Notes: generated by a model not told the origin, from the letters alone. 64,000 bases of DNA from Candidatus Pacearchaeota archaeon (GCA_002731115.1 PBZO01000001.1:75096-139095); one strand, 5' to 3'. Positions 20,964 through 30,012 are shown, numbered from the stretch's first letter. Program-made: numbers and translations.

Positions 20964-21707
20964 TTATTCCTTCCTCTTTACAGGTTTCTTTTTACTATGA
21001 TATATTCTTCTTTTCCCTTTTGTTACTTTATTAAGTCTACCGTCTTTTAACCAATATACTATGTCTGAATGTTTTTCTGCTAATTCAAGATCGTGAGTAA
21101 CCATTACTATTGTCTTACCTTGATCATTTAATTTCTCTAAGAATTCTAAAACTTTAATTCCGGTTTTAGTATCAAGATTTCCAGTAGGTTCATCAGCGAG
21201 AATAACATCCGGATTATTAGCCAGACTTCTAGCAATTGCAACTCTTTGCATTTCTCCCCCTGAAAGTTGTCCAGGATAGTGATTCACCCGATTTCCTAAT
21301 TCAACTAAGTTTAGAAGTTCTTCCGCTCTTTCCTCTCTTTTTTCTTTTTCTTTTCCCAAAAACATCATTGGAAGCATTACATTTTCAAGAGCAGTTAAAT
21401 TTGGAATTAAATTAAAAGATTGAAAAATAAATCCTACTTTTCTTCCTCTTATCTGTGCAAGTTCGGATTCAGAAAGGGCGGATATATCTTGCCCATCAAG
21501 ATAGATTGTTCCATGAGTGGGTACATCTAAGCTTCCTACCAAATTCATTCCAGTGCTTTTTCCAGAACCCGAAGGCCCCATAATTGCAATAAACTCTCCT
21601 TTCTTAATTTTAAGATTGACACCATCTAATGCTTTAACAATATTATCCCCCATATGATAAAATTTTGCTACTTTTTTTAGTTCTATTATATATTTTCTCT
21701 TAAGCAT
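20964..21707 (-). CDS. ABC transporter ATP-binding protein (LolD/MacB-like)
   Basis: GPSGSGKST, LSGGEMQR, ADEPTGNLD. Confidence 0.95.
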   Translation of the reverse strand: MLKRKYIIELKKVAKFYHMGDNIVKALDGVNLKIKKGEFIAIMGPSGSGKSTGMNLVGSLDVPTHGTIYLDGQDISALSESELAQIRGRKVGFIFQSFNLIPNLTALENVMLPMMFLGKEKEKREERAEELLNLVELGNRVNHYPGQLSGGEMQRVAIARSLANNPDVILADEPTGNLDTKTGIKVLEFLEKLNDQGKTIVMVTHDLELAEKHSDIVYWLKDGRLNKVTKGKRRIYHSKKKPVKRKE

Positions 21708-21782
21708 ACTTCTTTTTAGTGAAATTTCTATATAAATTTATCTAATCACAACCTTTAAAAACTAATTTATGGAATTAATATT

Positions 21783-21980
21783 ATGATAATTCCTGTTAGA
21801 TGTCTATCTTGTGGAAAACCAATTGGTCACTTGTGGGAAAAATTCAAAAAACGAGCTGAAGAGGGAGAAAATACTAAGAAAATTCTAGATGAACTTGGTT
21901 TAGAAAGATACTGCTGTAGATCTGTCTTGCTAGGACAAGAAGATTTAATTGAACTTGTTGGAAAGTTTAAAAAAACATAA
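21783..21980 (+). CDS. rpoN: DNA-directed RNA polymerase subunit N (Rpo10)
   Basis: MIIPVRCLSCGK...RYCCR. Confidence 0.96.
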   Translation: MIIPVRCLSCGKPIGHLWEKFKKRAEEGENTKKILDELGLERYCCRSVLLGQEDLIELVGKFKKT

Positions 21981-21982
21981 TC

Positions 21983-22243
21983 TTACAATTTCCACCTACT
22001 TAGGTAATTACAATCTAAACAAGTAATTACTTTCTTATTATTTTTTATTCTTATCTTAAAATTATCTCTATTAAATACAACATAACACTTTTTACAAAAA
22101 AGTTTTCTTAAACTCTTTAAAGGAAAATTATAACTCATAGCTATTTTTTTTATTTTTTTAACTTCTTTAGGGGATCTATTTTTAATATTAGAAAAAAATT
22201 CTTTTATTTGTTTTTCTGCTTCTTGTTTTGAGATTTTTTTCAT
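21983..22243 (-). CDS. rnp4: Ribonuclease P protein component 4 (Rpp21)
   Basis: RKLFCKKC...RIK...VITCLDC...R zinc ribbon; short form. Confidence 0.75.
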   Translation of the reverse strand: MKKISKQEAEKQIKEFFSNIKNRSPKEVKKIKKIAMSYNFPLKSLRKLFCKKCYVVFNRDNFKIRIKNNKKVITCLDCNYLSRWKL

Positions 22244-22280
22244 AAATCAATAAAGAATTAAGCTTTTATAAAAATATCAA

Positions 22281-22394
22281 AGAAGACAGCATCGAAGCTT
22301 TGCATCTTGTAGGATACTAGCACAAACGACGTAAGAAGCTTAATTTCTGTGTTCGGATGGGAACAGATGTTTCCAACTTACTATGGCCGTCTTC
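22281..22394 (-). rRNA. rrf: 5S rRNA (not linked to 16S/23S in this window)
   Basis: GAAGACGGCCATAG...CCCATCCGAACACAGAAATTAAGC...GCTGTCTTC; terminal helix and conserved loop C. Confidence 0.9.
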
Positions 22395-22456
22395 AATATT
22401 CTTGAAGTTTTCTGGTTTATAAAACTTTTTATATACATAATTAATCCTAATTTTAA

Positions 22457-22540
22457 GCGGAAGTGTCAGAGTGGTCAAATGAACTTGGTTAAGGACCAAG
22501 TGGCTTAGTGCCTGCGAAGGTTCGAATCCTTTCTTCCGCA
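22457..22540 (+). tRNA. tRNA-Leu(AAG)
   Basis: GCGGAAG...CTTGG TT AAG GA CCAAG, long variable arm, GGTTCGAATCC, CTTCCGC A. Confidence 0.88.
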
Positions 22541-22553
22541 TGAAATTATTAGA

Positions 22554-23672
22554 CTAAAAAATTTCAGCAAAAATTCCAAAGATAAAGATTAAACTTAAGA
22601 TTCCCAAAATAAACCAATTTGCTGGAATTGAATACTCTGGTTTTCTGTTTCCTTTTTCTTTTGCTTTTTTAACCATCAATAAAATTAATAATGCTATTAA
22701 TCCTCCAGAAACAATTCCTCCTATCGAAAGAATGCTTATAAAAGAAAAAAAACTAAATGATTTAATAAATAAAAATATCAAAATTGGGATAATTGAAGTA
22801 AAAAACCATGCTTCTTTTTTTCTAAATCTCTCATCATACATAAGATTTTCCTGTAAAGCATTTCCCAAAGATAAATATGATGTAAACATTGTAAAAATTC
22901 CGAGTAAAACAAAAGTACTACCTAATGCAAGTGTTGCTATTTCAGGTGTATCAAATCCCTTAATTCCTACAACAATAAATGCAAACAATGCATAAAAGAC
23001 TATAGAAATTAAAGTCCCACTAATAAGTACCTTTTTCATCAACCTTTCATTTTTATGCAAAACAATTTGGAGTTCTGGAATAGAATGAAAAGACATTAAA
23101 GCAAAAAGAATAACTCCAAAAGGAAGAAAAATATTTCCAGTGTTCATATAATATAAATTGCTAAAATTAACATCTTTAATGAAAACAAAAAAGATAAAGA
23201 TAAGCAATATAAGGATAATAGATACTCCAATTTTTTCAAATTTTTTAAGAACTTTTAATCCTCTCCAGAGTAACCCCGACATTCCAATGCCAAATAAAAC
23301 TCCAAAATAAATAGAATAATCGGAATTGCTAAAAAACAAGAAATTTAAACTTTCTCCTACACCAAACATATAAGCAACAATAGCAGAATAAATTCCAAAC
23401 ACTGTTGCAAACTCTATAATTATTTTTCCTTTTCTTCCAAGGTATTTCCCAGCATAACCTGCAATTTGATGATCTCCTTTTGTTCTTAAAATAACTTCTC
23501 CAAAATAAAGATTAATTGTAAAAACAAGTAATCCTATTAGCATGATATAAGCAAGTGCAACAAAAAACCCTACTTGAGCTGCAACATAAGGTATTCCCAA
23601 AACTCCTGCACCAATACAAGTTCCAACTAAAATGGAAACTGCTGAAAAAAACCTCTTTTTATCTGAATCCAT
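22554..23672 (-). CDS. Amino-acid permease (TyrP/SdaC-like, HAAAP family)
   Basis: GTCIGAGVLGIP, PFGVILFA, TSY; many TM segments. Confidence 0.85.
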   Translation of the reverse strand: MDSDKKRFFSAVSILVGTCIGAGVLGIPYVAAQVGFFVALAYIMLIGLLVFTINLYFGEVILRTKGDHQIAGYAGKYLGRKGKIIIEFATVFGIYSAIVAYMFGVGESLNFLFFSNSDYSIYFGVLFGIGMSGLLWRGLKVLKKFEKIGVSIILILLIFIFFVFIKDVNFSNLYYMNTGNIFLPFGVILFALMSFHSIPELQIVLHKNERLMKKVLISGTLISIVFYALFAFIVVGIKGFDTPEIATLALGSTFVLLGIFTMFTSYLSLGNALQENLMYDERFRKKEAWFFTSIIPILIFLFIKSFSFFSFISILSIGGIVSGGLIALLILLMVKKAKEKGNRKPEYSIPANWFILGILSLIFIFGIFAEIF

Positions 23673-23778
23673 AAAAGAAAATAATTAGTATAGTATAAAA
23701 AATTATAGGGAAATTATACTTTCATTGAAGATAGTCTAAAAAGATAATTGGTTAAAACGAACAGAAACAACTGAGGTG

Positions 23779-23790
23779 TTTCTTCCGCAT
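23779..23790 (+). repeat. 12-bp direct copy (TTTCTTCCGCAT) of the tRNA-Leu(AAG) 3' end at 22530-22541
   Basis: Exact match read from the sequence. Confidence 0.55.
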
Positions 23791-23792
23791 AA

Positions 23793-23884
23793 CAAAAAAC
23801 CTTATAAACTAAAATATATTCGAATTTTTACCTGCGAGTTAATCGCGTTAGCGGGAAAAATAATTTTTCTCGTGGATTAAAAAA
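23793..23884 (+). promoter_or_regulatory. BRE/TATA promoter and GC-rich structured leader of the rpl18e-rpl13-rps9 operon
   Basis: CAAAAAAC-CTTATAAA at about 23793-23808; hairpins at 23834-23846 and 23851-23873. Confidence 0.5.
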
Positions 23885-24253
23885 ATGAAATCAAAAACAA
23901 CTATTGCCAAGCAGATTAAGAAAAAGACAAACACTGAATTAATAAAAACAATAGTTGCAACCAAAAAAAATAATAATTGGTTAAATATAGCAAGAATTAT
24001 TTCAGGTCCAAGAAAAAAGAGGAGGAATGCAAATTTAGAAAAAATAAATAAAGAAACAAAAGAAGGCGAAACAATATTAATTCCTGGAAAAGTTCTATCA
24101 AATGGAGAAATAACTAAAAAACTAAAAATTATTGCTTTAGCTTTTTCAAAAAATTCAAAAGAAAAGATATTAAAATCAGAAAGCGAGTTTTCATATATAA
24201 TTGAAGAAATTAAAAAGAATCCCGAAGCTAAGGGAATTAAAATAATAAAATGA
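23885..24253 (+). CDS. rpl18e: 50S ribosomal protein L18e
   Basis: NLEKINK...ILIPGKVLSNG...ALAFS. Confidence 0.95.
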   Translation: MKSKTTIAKQIKKKTNTELIKTIVATKKNNNWLNIARIISGPRKKRRNANLEKINKETKEGETILIPGKVLSNGEITKKLKIIALAFSKNSKEKILKSESEFSYIIEEIKKNPEAKGIKIIK

Positions 24254-24645
24254 AAATAATAGATGGAAAAGATGCTATTTTGGGAAGACTCGCAAGTTAT
24301 GTTGCTAAAGAAGCATTAAAAGGAGAAGATATAATAATCTTAAATTGTGAACAAGTAATAATTACGGGAAACAAAAAAAATATTGAAGAAAATTTCAGAG
24401 AAAAAAGAAGCAAAGTTGGAAGCGGACAAAAAGGTCCAAAACATTCAAGGACAAGTGAAAAAATAGTTAAAAGAACAATTAGAGGCATGCTCCCAAACCA
24501 CCGAAAAGGGAGGGGGAAAATAACTTATAAAAGAATAAAATGTTATACAGGAATTCCAAAAGAATTCCAAGAAACTCAAAAAGTTAATTTAAGAAAAGAA
24601 AATAAAAATAAATTCATTCAAATAAAGCAAATCTGTAAAAGATGA
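24250..24645 (+). CDS. rpl13: 50S ribosomal protein L13
   Basis: IDGKDAILGRLAS.VAK, RTIRGMLP. Confidence 0.96.
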   Translation: MKIIDGKDAILGRLASYVAKEALKGEDIIILNCEQVIITGNKKNIEENFREKRSKVGSGQKGPKHSRTSEKIVKRTIRGMLPNHRKGRGKITYKRIKCYTGIPKEFQETQKVNLRKENKNKFIQIKQICKR

Positions 24646-25040
24646 AAATAATTAAATCTGGAAAAAGAAAAACAGCAGTTGCAAGAGCTATTCTTACAGA
24701 AGGTTCTGGAAAAATTAGTATAAATAAAAAAAATTATAAAAATCTACAAATATTTGATAAACTTAAAATTGAGGAACCAATAAGAATTGCAGAAAATATT
24801 TTGGGAAAGATAAACTTTGATGTTTCAATCATGGTTAAGGGTGGTGGAGAAAAAGGTCAAATTGAAGCTGCAAGACTTGCATTAGCAAAAGTAATTATTG
24901 AATTTTCAAAATCAGAAGAATTAACAAAATCATTTTTAAATTATGATAGAAATTTACTTATTGCAGATATAAGAAGAAAAGAGTCATATAAACCTGGAGA
25001 TAGTAAGGCTAGAAAAAAGAGACAAAGTTCTAAGAGATAA
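24642..25040 (+). CDS. rps9: 30S ribosomal protein S9
   Basis: SGKRKTAVARA, VKGGG..GQ, ARKKRQSSKR. Confidence 0.96.
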   Translation: MKIIKSGKRKTAVARAILTEGSGKISINKKNYKNLQIFDKLKIEEPIRIAENILGKINFDVSIMVKGGGEKGQIEAARLALAKVIIEFSKSEELTKSFLNYDRNLLIADIRRKESYKPGDSKARKKRQSSKR

Positions 25041-25050
25041 AATTTCGCAA

Positions 25051-25383
25051 CTATTGTTTTTTATTAAATTTCCCTTTATAATTTGTTCCATTAATTATTT
25101 TTGTCTTGGGTATAATCGACGTATATTTTGAAAACCATTGAACCGAATTATATAATTGATCTTTAGCTCTTTCTATTAATTTTTTATCACCATTGCTTTT
25201 ATATTCGATTACATAAATATCTCCCTCCGAACTATATAAAATTAAATCGGGTTGTGCAACAATTTGGCCCTTCCTATTATATAAATTTGCTTCAATAATA
25301 GTGGCCAAAATATCTTCAAATCCAAATCTGGAAGGGCATGCAGCAATTTTCTCTAATGCTTTTCTATGACTACTTTTTACCAT
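25051..25383 (-). CDS. Small PD-(D/E)xK nuclease-like protein
   Basis: E...QPDLILY...YVIEYK...AKDQL. Confidence 0.6.
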   Translation of the reverse strand: MVKSSHRKALEKIAACPSRFGFEDILATIIEANLYNRKGQIVAQPDLILYSSEGDIYVIEYKSNGDKKLIERAKDQLYNSVQWFSKYTSIIPKTKIINGTNYKGKFNKKQ

Positions 25384-25534
25384 TTTAGTTTACTTACATA
25401 TTTGATTTTATATAAAAAGATTATTGAAGTCCAAAATATATTTTAAAAGTATTTATTAACTGAAAAAAGATATAATAATCTAGCTGAAAGAAAAGAATTT
25501 AGAAAAAGGCATGAGTAAACATAAACCTAAATGA

Positions 25535-25969
25535 TTATTTTTTAATTTTTAATCTTTCTAATTTATTTTGGACGTGATTAAATAAAGTTGATGAAATTAT
25601 TGGTTTGTGGTGTCCTTCATGGATTTGATTATTAAATTTTATTTTCCCAATATATGTAAAATTTGTTAATATTTTCTTTAACCCATTAACTGAAAAATTA
25701 TGTTTTTTTGCTAATTTTCTTAAACTAATTTTTTCTTTTAAGAATTCCTCAAAAATTTCTTCCACCTCTCTAAAATTTTGTGCAGGAACTAGTCTTTTAT
25801 CTTCTAGTTTATATCCAAATGCAACTCTTGACATTAATTGCCCCTTGGATGCTTTTTTTATCATTCCTGATTTTTGTTGTTCTCCTCTAATTTTAGTATT
25901 CTCCTTTAACTTGGATTTTAATTCTTCAACTTCTCTTTTCAAATCTTCTATTTGTTTATTTTCATTCAT
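25535..25969 (-). CDS. Stand-alone serine-recombinase 'recombinase' DNA-binding domain protein (no catalytic domain)
   Basis: SGMIKKASKG...AFGY...IFEEFL...SLRKLA...ILTNFTYIG...HKPIIS.LF..VQ pattern; N-terminal coiled coil in place of the resolvase domain. Confidence 0.8.
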   Translation of the reverse strand: MNENKQIEDLKREVEELKSKLKENTKIRGEQQKSGMIKKASKGQLMSRVAFGYKLEDKRLVPAQNFREVEEIFEEFLKEKISLRKLAKKHNFSVNGLKKILTNFTYIGKIKFNNQIHEGHHKPIISSTLFNHVQNKLERLKIKK

Positions 25970-26799
25970 TTCATTAATTCGTCTATGGGACTTTTAATTT
26001 TTTTTAACATTGCAGAAGATACGTGGGAATAAATTTGGGTGGTGCTAATATCACTATGTCCAAGCAACTCTTGTATAATTCTTATATCTATTCCATCTTC
26101 CAATAAATGTGTGGCAAAGCTATGTCTTAGTGTATGACAGTGAGCGTCTTTTTTAATTTCTGCCCTTTTTGTAGCGGATGAGACTATTTTTTGTAAATTT
26201 CTTGATGAAAGTTTTCCTTTTGGCCCTGTAAATAAATATTCTCCATTTATCTCTTTTTGTTTTTCTACTTGTTTTTTTAAATCTAAGAATAAGAATTCGG
26301 GAATATTAAAAATTCTATCTTTTCTTCCTTTTGCCTGTTTAATATGGCCTATTTTTTCATTAAAATCTAAATCATTAATTTTTAGATTAATTAATTCAGA
26401 AACACGCATTCCGCAAGCATACATGAAGGATATCATTAATTTTGATTTTTTTGTATTTAAGACTTCTATTAATAATTTGACTTCTTTTTTTGATAAAACA
26501 ACCGGGTTTTTTCTCTCTCGTTTGGGTCTTTTAATTCCTGATGTAAGATCTTTTTTTAAAATGGTTAAATAAGCAAATTTAATTGCGGATAAAAATACCA
26601 CGATTGATGTTGACGCCCTATTACTTAAATTTTTTACAATATATGATTTTACATCATCCTCTGTTATTTCTTCTGGTCGTTTATTTGAAAAACTTAAAAG
26701 TTTTGAATTAGCATCTATATAATTTCTAATAGTATAATCGGAATTCTTTGAAATTTTCAATTCAATTTTTATTTTTTCTAAAAACTCTTGGGAATTCAT
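25966..26799 (-). CDS. xerA: Tyrosine recombinase, XerA/XerD-like
   Basis: GMRVSEL, KGRKDR, HTLRHSFATHLL, LLGHSDISTTQIY; catalytic R-K-H-R-H-Y all present. Confidence 0.88.
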   Translation of the reverse strand: MNSQEFLEKIKIELKISKNSDYTIRNYIDANSKLLSFSNKRPEEITEDDVKSYIVKNLSNRASTSIVVFLSAIKFAYLTILKKDLTSGIKRPKRERKNPVVLSKKEVKLLIEVLNTKKSKLMISFMYACGMRVSELINLKINDLDFNEKIGHIKQAKGRKDRIFNIPEFLFLDLKKQVEKQKEINGEYLFTGPKGKLSSRNLQKIVSSATKRAEIKKDAHCHTLRHSFATHLLEDGIDIRIIQELLGHSDISTTQIYSHVSSAMLKKIKSPIDELMK

Positions 26800-27425
26800 C
26801 TAATTTTGACTCCTAATTTCTTTAAATCCTTAAATAATTGATTATTATTCTTAAACAAAACCCCCCGAATACCGAGTTTATTTACTCCTTTAATGTTCTC
26901 TTTTATATCATCTATGAAAACTACTTCCGCAGGTTTTAATCCAAGTTTTTTTAAAGCTAATTTATAGATTCTTAAATCGGGCTTTCTAATTCCAATGTCA
27001 CAAGAGAAAATACTTATCTGAAAGGGCCCTGTTATCTTGTATTTTTTGATTAAATAATCTTTATGTTCCTTGCCCATATTTGATATTAAGGCGAGTTTAT
27101 AATCTTCTTTTAAATTAAAAATTATTTTTTTCATTTTTTTATTTGGACAAAATATATTGTTCCATAATCTATTAAATTTATGATAAGGAATTTTTTTAAT
27201 TTCTAATTTTTTTGCGAGTAGGTTCCAATAATCTTTTGAAAGTGCTCCTTTTTCACAAAACTGTGTGAATCTAGCATACTTTCCAGAATTTGAAATAATT
27301 CTAAAAATTTTTTGTGAAGAAACCTTAATAAGTTTTGACATCTGTTTTGCAGCAATCATATGATCATAAAACATAATAACCCCTCCAACATCAAAGATAA
27401 TCGCTTTTATTTCCCTCTTTTTCAT
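26796..27425 (-). CDS. HAD-superfamily phosphatase
   Basis: IIFDVGGV, ISN, KPD, FIDD. Confidence 0.88.
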   Translation of the reverse strand: MKKREIKAIIFDVGGVIMFYDHMIAAKQMSKLIKVSSQKIFRIISNSGKYARFTQFCEKGALSKDYWNLLAKKLEIKKIPYHKFNRLWNNIFCPNKKMKKIIFNLKEDYKLALISNMGKEHKDYLIKKYKITGPFQISIFSCDIGIRKPDLRIYKLALKKLGLKPAEVVFIDDIKENIKGVNKLGIRGVLFKNNNQLFKDLKKLGVKIR

Positions 27426-27619
27426 AGGGAAAATTGTGCGAACTTATTTATATAATTTTGTATCCTCTTGAGATAATTATTTAATATTGAAGAGAAATTA
27501 TCTAAAGATATTAAATATTGCCTGTCTGAAGAAAGCGTATTTTCTAATAAATCGTATAGGTTACTTGATCCTGAATAAAAACAAGAAATTTCTGGGAAAA
27601 TTAATAAAATACTAAAAGG

Positions 27620-27754
27620 TTAATTCATCAACTCCCTATGATTAAGCCAGGATAAAATTGCTGCTGGAATTATAAATAACCAGTCAACCATAAAAGTTAA
27701 AACTAAAAATATCAAAGCTACAATCGAATATAAAACAACTTTTTTATCCTTCAT
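27620..27754 (-). CDS. Small membrane protein (44 aa, not in ORF track)
   Basis: MKDKKVVLYSIVALIFLVLTFMVDWLFIIPAAILSWLNHRELMN*. Confidence 0.6.
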   Translation of the reverse strand: MKDKKVVLYSIVALIFLVLTFMVDWLFIIPAAILSWLNHRELMN

Positions 27755-27828
27755 ATTTAAATGATTGTTAAAGACTTTTTATTTGTTTTGAAGAATAAAT
27801 TTTTAAACCTGTCTTTATTATAAAATAT

Positions 27829-28002
27829 ATGAAAGAAAGTAAAAGATTTCCGACTTTTGCATGGTTCTTATTAATTGTGGGTGTTCTTTGGTTATTAACA
27901 GATTTAAATGTAATAACTATTGATATTCCTTGGATTCCGATAATTGTAATTGTTATTGCAATTGGGTGGATTAGGAATAAAAATCATTGTAATTGGTGTT
28001 GA
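27829..28002 (+). CDS. Small two-TM membrane protein (57 aa, not in ORF track)
   Basis: MKESKRFPTFAWFLLIVGVLWLLTDLNVITIDIPWIPIIVIVIAIGWIRNKNHCNWC*; TATA-like TTTTAAA upstream. Confidence 0.65.
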   Translation: MKESKRFPTFAWFLLIVGVLWLLTDLNVITIDIPWIPIIVIVIAIGWIRNKNHCNWC

Positions 28003-28157
28003 TATAGTTATCCAGGAAATAAATATGGAAAAGCTTAAAAACCTACTTTGACAACAAAATTTATGACTAGACAAAAACTAGGATATAAATTAAAAATGAT
28101 AGGAATTGGTTATTAGTAATTCTAAAAAGAGCATAGTTATAAGGGAGGACAAGAAAA

Positions 28158-28481
28158 ATGAGTAAAAAACTTTACGTTGGAAATTTGCCTTTTAGTGTTG
28201 ATTCTGAAAAGTTAAAAGAACTTTTTTCATCTTATGGTGAAACAGAAGAAGTTACAATAATATCTGATAAGTTTTCAGGAAGATCGAAAGGTTTTGGATT
28301 TATAACTTTCAAGGAAGATGCAGGTGCAGAGAAAGCAGTTGCAGAGATGAATGGAAAAGAAGTTGAGGGTCGTGAATTAAAGGTATCTGAAGCAAAACCA
28401 ATGGATCCGGATAGGCCGAGACCACCTAGAAGAGATTTTGGAAATAGGGGCGGTGGACGAGGAAATTTCAATAGACGTTAA
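28158..28481 (+). CDS. RRM RNA-binding protein with Arg/Gly-rich tail
   Basis: RNP2 LYVGNL, RNP1 KGFGFITF; GGGAGG SD upstream. Confidence 0.93.
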   Translation: MSKKLYVGNLPFSVDSEKLKELFSSYGETEEVTIISDKFSGRSKGFGFITFKEDAGAEKAVAEMNGKEVEGRELKVSEAKPMDPDRPRPPRRDFGNRGGGRGNFNRR

Positions 28482-28574
28482 AGACCTTGGTTAATCAAAT
28501 AAATTATTTTTTTTTATTTTTTTAAAAAAACATTTAAAAAGAGATAATCCCTTTTATTATAAAAGAGGATTAAA

Positions 28575-28957
28575 ATTACTCCTATAGAAATAATAGCTTT
28601 AATTATAATTATTATAAGTGCAATAAAAATGGTTGTACTTCTAATAAATTCAAGAGCATGGATGGATTTTGTAAAAGGAGTTTATCATAATCCTCGCGTT
28701 GTTAAGGTAGTTAGTTTTATTTTGGGTGTTATTGTACTTTATTATTTACTTAATGCAGGAATTACAATTGCCCAGATACTTGCAGTTACTGCATTTATAA
28801 TGCTTTTATTAATGATTGGCCTTGCAGAGGAAATGGATTATCTTCTTAAGAAATATACTATCTTAATCAAAAAAGGTACTCTTTGGAAAGACTAAGGGTT
28901 TTATACACTTCTCCGGATAATCTTGCTTGTTTGGGAGTAAAAAAATTATTTTTTTAG
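28575..28957 (+). pseudogene. Probably degraded membrane-protein gene
   Basis: Hydrophobic frame extends upstream to an ATT after GAGG (ITPIEIIALII...), and continues past TAA 28893 as GFYTLLRIILLVW. Confidence 0.5.
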
Positions 28958-29003
28958 ATGATTCTTCTTGATAAAAAATAAGATTTGGGCTAAATAATAA
29001 TTA

Positions 29004-29210
29004 TTAAATAATTCCAAGCCTAGATAATCCATAACCCACCCAAAGAACTAAAACTAAATACCAAAAACACCATCCTTTTGATGCCGGAAGATGTTTCAAA
29101 ATACCCTTATTCATATTTTTCTTATACAATGAACTAAAAAACCATGCAATTATGTTTGCCCCTATACTATCAATAAGAATCAAATAGAAAATTATTTTTT
29201 CGATTACCAT
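29004..29210 (-). CDS. Small membrane protein
   Basis: 68-aa ORF with two hydrophobic segments. Confidence 0.7.
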   Translation of the reverse strand: MVIEKIIFYLILIDSIGANIIAWFFSSLYKKNMNKGILKHLPASKGWCFWYLVLVLWVGYGLSRLGII

Positions 29211-29300
29211 TTTATTTTTTTTTCTTTTTTATTTTATTAGTAAAGTTTTATTACTTTTAATCCTTTCTATTGGGATAATTTAGGATACATTTTTAAGGAA

Positions 29301-29852
29301 TTAATCAAAACCTTCTGGAGACAAGTATCCTGATAAATTTAAAGTAGATCTATTCCCATAATCATCTCTTCTTGATTGAACTTGGCTGAAATTTAAATCT
29401 TTTTCTGTTTTTAAATCTATAAACCACATAATTCCATTAGAACAAATGCATTCTACAAAATCCTCTCTTGGATGGGTAGTAAACTCTTGCAAGATTGATT
29501 CATTAATTTGTAGAATATTATTCATATCTTCTTTTAATTTTTGTTCATCTTCAATTTTAATTAATCTATCAATAATTGTTTTATCCCACAAATAAATTCC
29601 AGATTCATTTGCTTCATCATATCTTTTTTCAATATCTTGTCCCCAAGTTTCACATTTATTCTCACAGATTGTACCTACTCGATAATCCTTTAAAAAAATA
29701 TATCCTTGACTTAAAAAAAATCCTAACAAAATCACTATAATTATAATTTTCTTGTTCAAATATCTCTTTGATTGTTTGGGTTTTTTTCTTTTATAACTCT
29801 TTTTATTTTTTCTTGATTTTTTCTTATTCATTAATCTAAGAAGGATTAACAT
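29301..29852 (-). CDS. Hypothetical membrane-anchored protein
   Basis: Basic N-terminus, one TM segment, Cys-containing outer domain; start uncertain. Confidence 0.65.
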   Translation of the reverse strand: MLILLRLMNKKKSRKNKKSYKRKKPKQSKRYLNKKIIIIVILLGFFLSQGYIFLKDYRVGTICENKCETWGQDIEKRYDEANESGIYLWDKTIIDRLIKIEDEQKLKEDMNNILQINESILQEFTTHPREDFVECICSNGIMWFIDLKTEKDLNFSQVQSRRDDYGNRSTLNLSGYLSPEGFD

Positions 29853-29885
29853 AATTTAAAGTTATCTAAATAATATTTATTCAAT

Positions 29886-30011
29886 TCAGGGACCTAAAGG
29901 TATCCCTTCATTTGCTAAAGGTAAATAAATAAATTTATAAATCAAAACCAAAATTATTAGAGTTATAGCAATTCCTGGGGTATGGTTAGTTATAAAATCT
30001 GTCCAAACCAT
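29886..30011 (-). CDS. Small single-TM protein (41 aa, not in ORF track)
   Basis: MVWTDFITNHTPGIAITLIILVLIYKFIYLPLANEGIPLGP*; starts 1 nt after the upstream stop. Confidence 0.5.
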   Translation of the reverse strand: MVWTDFITNHTPGIAITLIILVLIYKFIYLPLANEGIPLGP

Positions 30012-30012
30012 C

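Noticed and set aside
22317-22541. 74-aa minus-strand ORF
   Set aside because: It is antisense to tRNA-Leu and overlaps the 5S rRNA; shadow ORF.
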